Of a stretch of 64,000 bases of DNA, positions 60,766 to 64,000 are shown piece by piece; position 1 is the stretch's first letter, and each line of letters begins with the position of its first letter. The stretch lies in NCBI GenBank assembly GCA_040755415.1, contig JBFMAZ010000098.1:2160-66159 (forward strand), given 5' to 3'. Position numbers and translations under genes: made by a program. The notes beneath the pieces were generated by a model. It was not told where the DNA came from and did no database searches. It saw only the letters and a program-made list of their open reading frames with translations. The DNA comes from Thermodesulfobacteriota bacterium. GTDB lineage: Bacteria; Desulfobacterota; QYQD01.

Positions 60766-61812
60766 TCACGGGGTATCTTCCACAATTTGCCTCAGGAGAA
60801 TAATGGTATTCTCCAAATCCTTAAGCGAAACCACTTCTACGGTGGCATGCGTATAGCGACAGGGGATGCAGACAGGAAGGACAGGCACGCCTTTTCTTAC
60901 CAGTTGGATGGCCGCCGCATCGGTCGATCCGCCCACTACGCCTAGCTGGAAGGGGATATTCTTTTTTACGGCTAATTCCTCTACAAAATTTCGCAACCTC
61001 CGGCTGGTAACCATGCGTGTATCCACCAGCCTGAGTAGCGGCCCCCTGTTTATCTGAAACTGATTCTTGTAAACCGCCGGCACCCCCGGAAAGTCAGGGG
61101 CACTGGCCGTGTCGATGATAAAGGCGCTGTCCGGTTTTGTTCTGTACCCGGCCACTGACGCCCCGCGCAGGCCGTACTCCTCCTGCGTAGTGAAGACAAA
61201 ACTGATTCGGGGCCGGGGCGATAGCTCTTTCATGCTCCGGATCAAAGCCACCAGGGCTGTACAACCGGCCCGATTGTCCATGCCCCGGGCGGCGATCAGG
61301 CCATTGGCCAGGCGGGAAACCTGCTTGGCAAATACAACCGGATCGCCGACCCGTATCCTCATAGCCCGCACCTCTTCGGCACTGCGTGCCCCTGCGTCTA
61401 TGACCAGCTCCTGCCACGAGATGACCTTATCCTGGTTCTTCTGACCCTCAACTGCCATGTGAGGCGGCACCCAGGCGATCACCCCTGGAACCTCTTCGCC
61501 TGCCTGCGTAAATAACCTTACGTGTCTCGACGGCAATATGCGGTCATCGATACCGCCCATCTTTTTGAAATGGATGAAACCATCAGCGGTGATATTAGCA
61601 ACTACAAGACCCAGCTCATCCATGTGGGCAAAGAAAACTATGTGTCCCTTCCCCTGCCCCTCCCGTATTCCAATGAGATTACCTATGGCATCTATTTCTA
61701 TCTGGTCAACATAGTCTTCGATCAGTGTTTTAATCTTCGCCCTGATCGGGTCTTCATAACCGCTTATGCCCGGCACCAGAATGAGTTCTTCAAGCAGTTT
61801 TTCTATTTCCAT
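60766..61812 (-). CDS. M42-family metallopeptidase
   Basis: AHMDELG, DNRAG, QEEYGLRGA, TDA, RYTH. Confidence 0.92.
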   Translation of the reverse strand: MEIEKLLEELILVPGISGYEDPIRAKIKTLIEDYVDQIEIDAIGNLIGIREGQGKGHIVFFAHMDELGLVVANITADGFIHFKKMGGIDDRILPSRHVRLFTQAGEEVPGVIAWVPPHMAVEGQKNQDKVISWQELVIDAGARSAEEVRAMRIRVGDPVVFAKQVSRLANGLIAARGMDNRAGCTALVALIRSMKELSPRPRISFVFTTQEEYGLRGASVAGYRTKPDSAFIIDTASAPDFPGVPAVYKNQFQINRGPLLRLVDTRMVTSRRLRNFVEELAVKKNIPFQLGVVGGSTDAAAIQLVRKGVPVLPVCIPCRYTHATVEVVSLKDLENTIILLRQIVEDTP

Positions 61813-61948
61813 AAGAATTGTCCCTTCAGATCAAATCTATCTCAAGCCTTTTAAAGGACATTAATTTAAGGTCCCCGGAAAGTCAACCCTCATAGATTTC
61901 TTCAAATTTCCTTGTGCCTGGGACAATTGCGGCATAGAATGGAAAATA

Positions 61949-62228
61949 AACCACAGAGTGTTTTGCGTAAATTCCAAATGACAAAATCCAAATGTCAAAT
62001 CAATGACAAATGACAAAGCTCAAATGTCAAATGAAGCTCAAATGACTAACGTAGAAGTCATTAGTCAATAGTCATTTGTCACTGGTAAAAGGGGGCTATC
62101 TTTCTCCCAACTTAACCAATGACTAATGACTAATGACCAGTGACGTTTTGAACTTTGGATTTTGTCATTTGAACTTTGCGGCAAGCGCTTTTGGTTGCGG
62201 CTATGCCGCGCTGTGTCCTCTGTGGTTA
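61949..62228. repeat. Nested heptamer palindromes in an AACCACAGAG wrapper
   Basis: CAAATG arrays enclosing AATGACT arrays; inner segment similar to 57041-57126. Confidence 0.8.
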
Positions 62229-62268
62229 ATCTTTTGATAACACAGAAGTTCGAACTAAGGAGATAGGT

Positions 62269-62463
62269 ATGGATAAAGAGACGGCCAGCCGGATTTACCA
62301 GGAGAGGTTAGAAGATCTGAAAAACATGCCCACGGATTTAGTCCAGAAATTAACAGCCAGGGTTAAAGAACCCTGGACCAAGATATTTCTTACAGAGCCA
62401 GACCCCAAAAAATGGCCTCCAGATATGTACGAAATTCTGAGGCCATATCTTGGAGAGGATTAG
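62269..62463 (+). CDS. Small hypothetical protein
   Basis: SD aaggag 5 nt before ATG; 64 aa. Confidence 0.55.
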   Translation: MDKETASRIYQERLEDLKNMPTDLVQKLTARVKEPWTKIFLTEPDPKKWPPDMYEILRPYLGED

Positions 62464-62539
62464 CCGTCAGCTATCAGCCACGAACCATGAGCTATACGCT
62501 AAGCTATAGCTTTTCTTTGCGGTGAATCTGATACAATCA

Positions 62540-62755
62540 TTACCCTCTTGTCAACACCAATACATATTCACGGCCTGCCTCTCTAATCTCCACATCCCAT
62601 CCCTCTTTTTGCGCCAGCCGGGTGATGTTCTCCCTGGCGGTATCCGTGTCCACCTTCACTTCAAAGACGCCCCGCCCCATTGACTGCATCCTCTGCCGGG
62701 CCAGGATGACCGGCTGGGGGCAGGAAAGTCCCCGGGCATCTACAGAATCCGTCAT
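62540..62755 (-). CDS. TusA/SirA-family sulfur or selenium carrier (YedF-like)
   Basis: DARGLSCPQPV; directly downstream of yedE. Confidence 0.9.
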   Translation of the reverse strand: MTDSVDARGLSCPQPVILARQRMQSMGRGVFEVKVDTDTARENITRLAQKEGWDVEIREAGREYVLVLTRG

Positions 62756-62771
62756 CTCTAAACCTCCTCCT

Positions 62772-63863
62772 TTATAGCTTTTCACGCATGGTAAGGCCGA
62801 CGAAGAAACAGAAGGCAAGCCCTACAAGGACGGCCAGCGGCCCATATAGGCCAACCCCTTTGGGAGAACTGGCCAGGGAAAAGTTATGGGCAAAACCAGC
62901 GCCAATAATCATACCCAGGACAAAGACACCGGCATCGCCATCGCCTTCGCCGGCCAGGAATAATTGTCGCCCCGGACATCCGCCGGCCAAGGCAAAGGCC
63001 AGTCCGGCCAGGACCATCCCGCCAAAATTCCACAACTGGTCGGTATGGGCAATCGGTTGATTTTCAAAACCGGTATGGAACTGGCCAAGGATCAGGTTTG
63101 TAATGAATGCGCCGGCGAGCAGCGCTAATACACCACTCGCCAGATGAAAATCACGCATTAAAATTATGTCCCTCACCGCTCCCATGGTGCAGAACCGTGT
63201 CCGCTGCGCAATAAACCCGATAATCAGGCCGATCAGGAGTGATACAGCTATAGGCGCATGAAGGGCCCCGGGACCTTTGGCGCTAAAAAAAATCGGCCCG
63301 GATTGGCCATTATCACCCATCTGCGGCGCCAGTAAAAGAAACATAAGAAGTGTGCCCATGGCTAACGGTAGTATCCACCCGACAGAGGCATAACTTTTCT
63401 GTGTCCGGCCAAGATTGTAACCATTTTTTAGAAAAGTCACACCAATAGCTATACCTGCGGCAAGGCCGATTAACCCGGCAATAGCATTCCCATCGCCGGC
63501 CGATAGTCTAAGCAAGGCCCGCCATGGACATCCGAGAAAGACCAGCGCCCCGGTCATAGCAAAAAAACCAAGAAAAAAACGGACGATGGGGGCAGATCCC
63601 GCGCGCGGCCTGAACTCTTTAAAGGCGTAGGCGGCGGTCAGGGCGCCAATGACAAACCCGATTATCTCCGGCCGGATGTACTGAACAACGGCCGCACGGT
63701 GCAAACCCAGGGCGCCGGCAATATCCCTTTCAAAGCAGGCCACACACACGCCCATGTTACCCGGGTTACCCATCTTTTGCAGTAAGGCGGCCAGTATCCC
63801 GATAATAGCCCCCGTAGCTACAATTCCCGCACGCGTCCCGAAAAAGGCCTTAGTTTTATCCAT
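62772..63863 (-). CDS. yedE: YedE-family putative selenium metabolism membrane protein
   Basis: GNPGNMGVCVACFERDIAG, FLGCPWR, RFCTMG, GGCPGRQ. Confidence 0.9.
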   Translation of the reverse strand: MDKTKAFFGTRAGIVATGAIIGILAALLQKMGNPGNMGVCVACFERDIAGALGLHRAAVVQYIRPEIIGFVIGALTAAYAFKEFRPRAGSAPIVRFFLGFFAMTGALVFLGCPWRALLRLSAGDGNAIAGLIGLAAGIAIGVTFLKNGYNLGRTQKSYASVGWILPLAMGTLLMFLLLAPQMGDNGQSGPIFFSAKGPGALHAPIAVSLLIGLIIGFIAQRTRFCTMGAVRDIILMRDFHLASGVLALLAGAFITNLILGQFHTGFENQPIAHTDQLWNFGGMVLAGLAFALAGGCPGRQLFLAGEGDGDAGVFVLGMIIGAGFAHNFSLASSPKGVGLYGPLAVLVGLAFCFFVGLTMREKL

Positions 63864-63905
63864 CAGAAAATACCTCCAGGCAACCATCAAACTTTTCGCC
63901 GGTAT

Positions 63906-64000
63906 TATTACTCCGGCAACTAAAGACTTAAATCCCCCCTCACCCCCCTTTGGGAAAGGGGGGATGGGGGGATTTGGCAAGTTTATATATTAAATTGCCG
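63906..64000. mobile_element. MITE with TATTACTCCGGC termini and CCCCTTT hairpin cargo (runs off the window)
   Basis: Left end matches the 54656 element; right end begins aaattgccg at the window edge. Confidence 0.7.

Noticed and set aside
63864-63980. N-terminal extension of YedE (and of BamD at 42629-42722)
   Set aside because: The extension is MITE/hairpin sequence; the family-typical N-terminus begins downstream
1-64000. Genome-wide TGA reassignment (code 4 or 25)
   Set aside because: Many complete genes end in TGA (purC, rnfC, the PilZ and LOG genes); only two internal TGAs occur at Cys-type positions
1-64000. Autonomous transposase, integrase or prophage
   Set aside because: No DDE, HUH or tyrosine recombinase ORF and no phage structural genes recognised in the window

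Overview
64 kb of a Desulfobacterota (deltaproteobacterial)-type chromosome; the taxonomy is inferred from gene content. It holds housekeeping genes (recN, purC, ugd, trxA, bamD, alaS, recA, thpR, cinA, pgpA, larC, tRNA-Arg(CCG)), two sensor kinases, and an energy-conservation locus (cytochrome c3, rnfCDGEAB, usp, rseC, Na+/H+ antiporter, usp, with apbE convergent). The strongest signal is an unusual Rnf complex. rnfE has an in-frame TGA exactly at the conserved Fe-S-ligating Cys (LIVVN-U-IPLGRA), followed by a SECIS-like hairpin. RnfC has lost its Gly-rich FMN/NAD motif and RnfD its FMN-carrying Thr, while RnfG keeps SGAT. A second predicted selenoprotein (exported UshA-like CGU domain fused to a tetraheme c554-like domain, 938-2308) and yedE plus a tusA-like gene support active selenium use. 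Also present: a SNF2/DUF1156/DUF499 putative defence operon and a toxin-antitoxin pair, both collapsed by internal deletions. Miniature mobile elements are dense and nested: six copies of an IS66-like MITE with 8-bp TSDs, several other terminal shells carrying interchangeable hairpin cargo, and one hairpin array translated in frame within a gene. All calls come from reading the sequence and ORF track; no searches were run.
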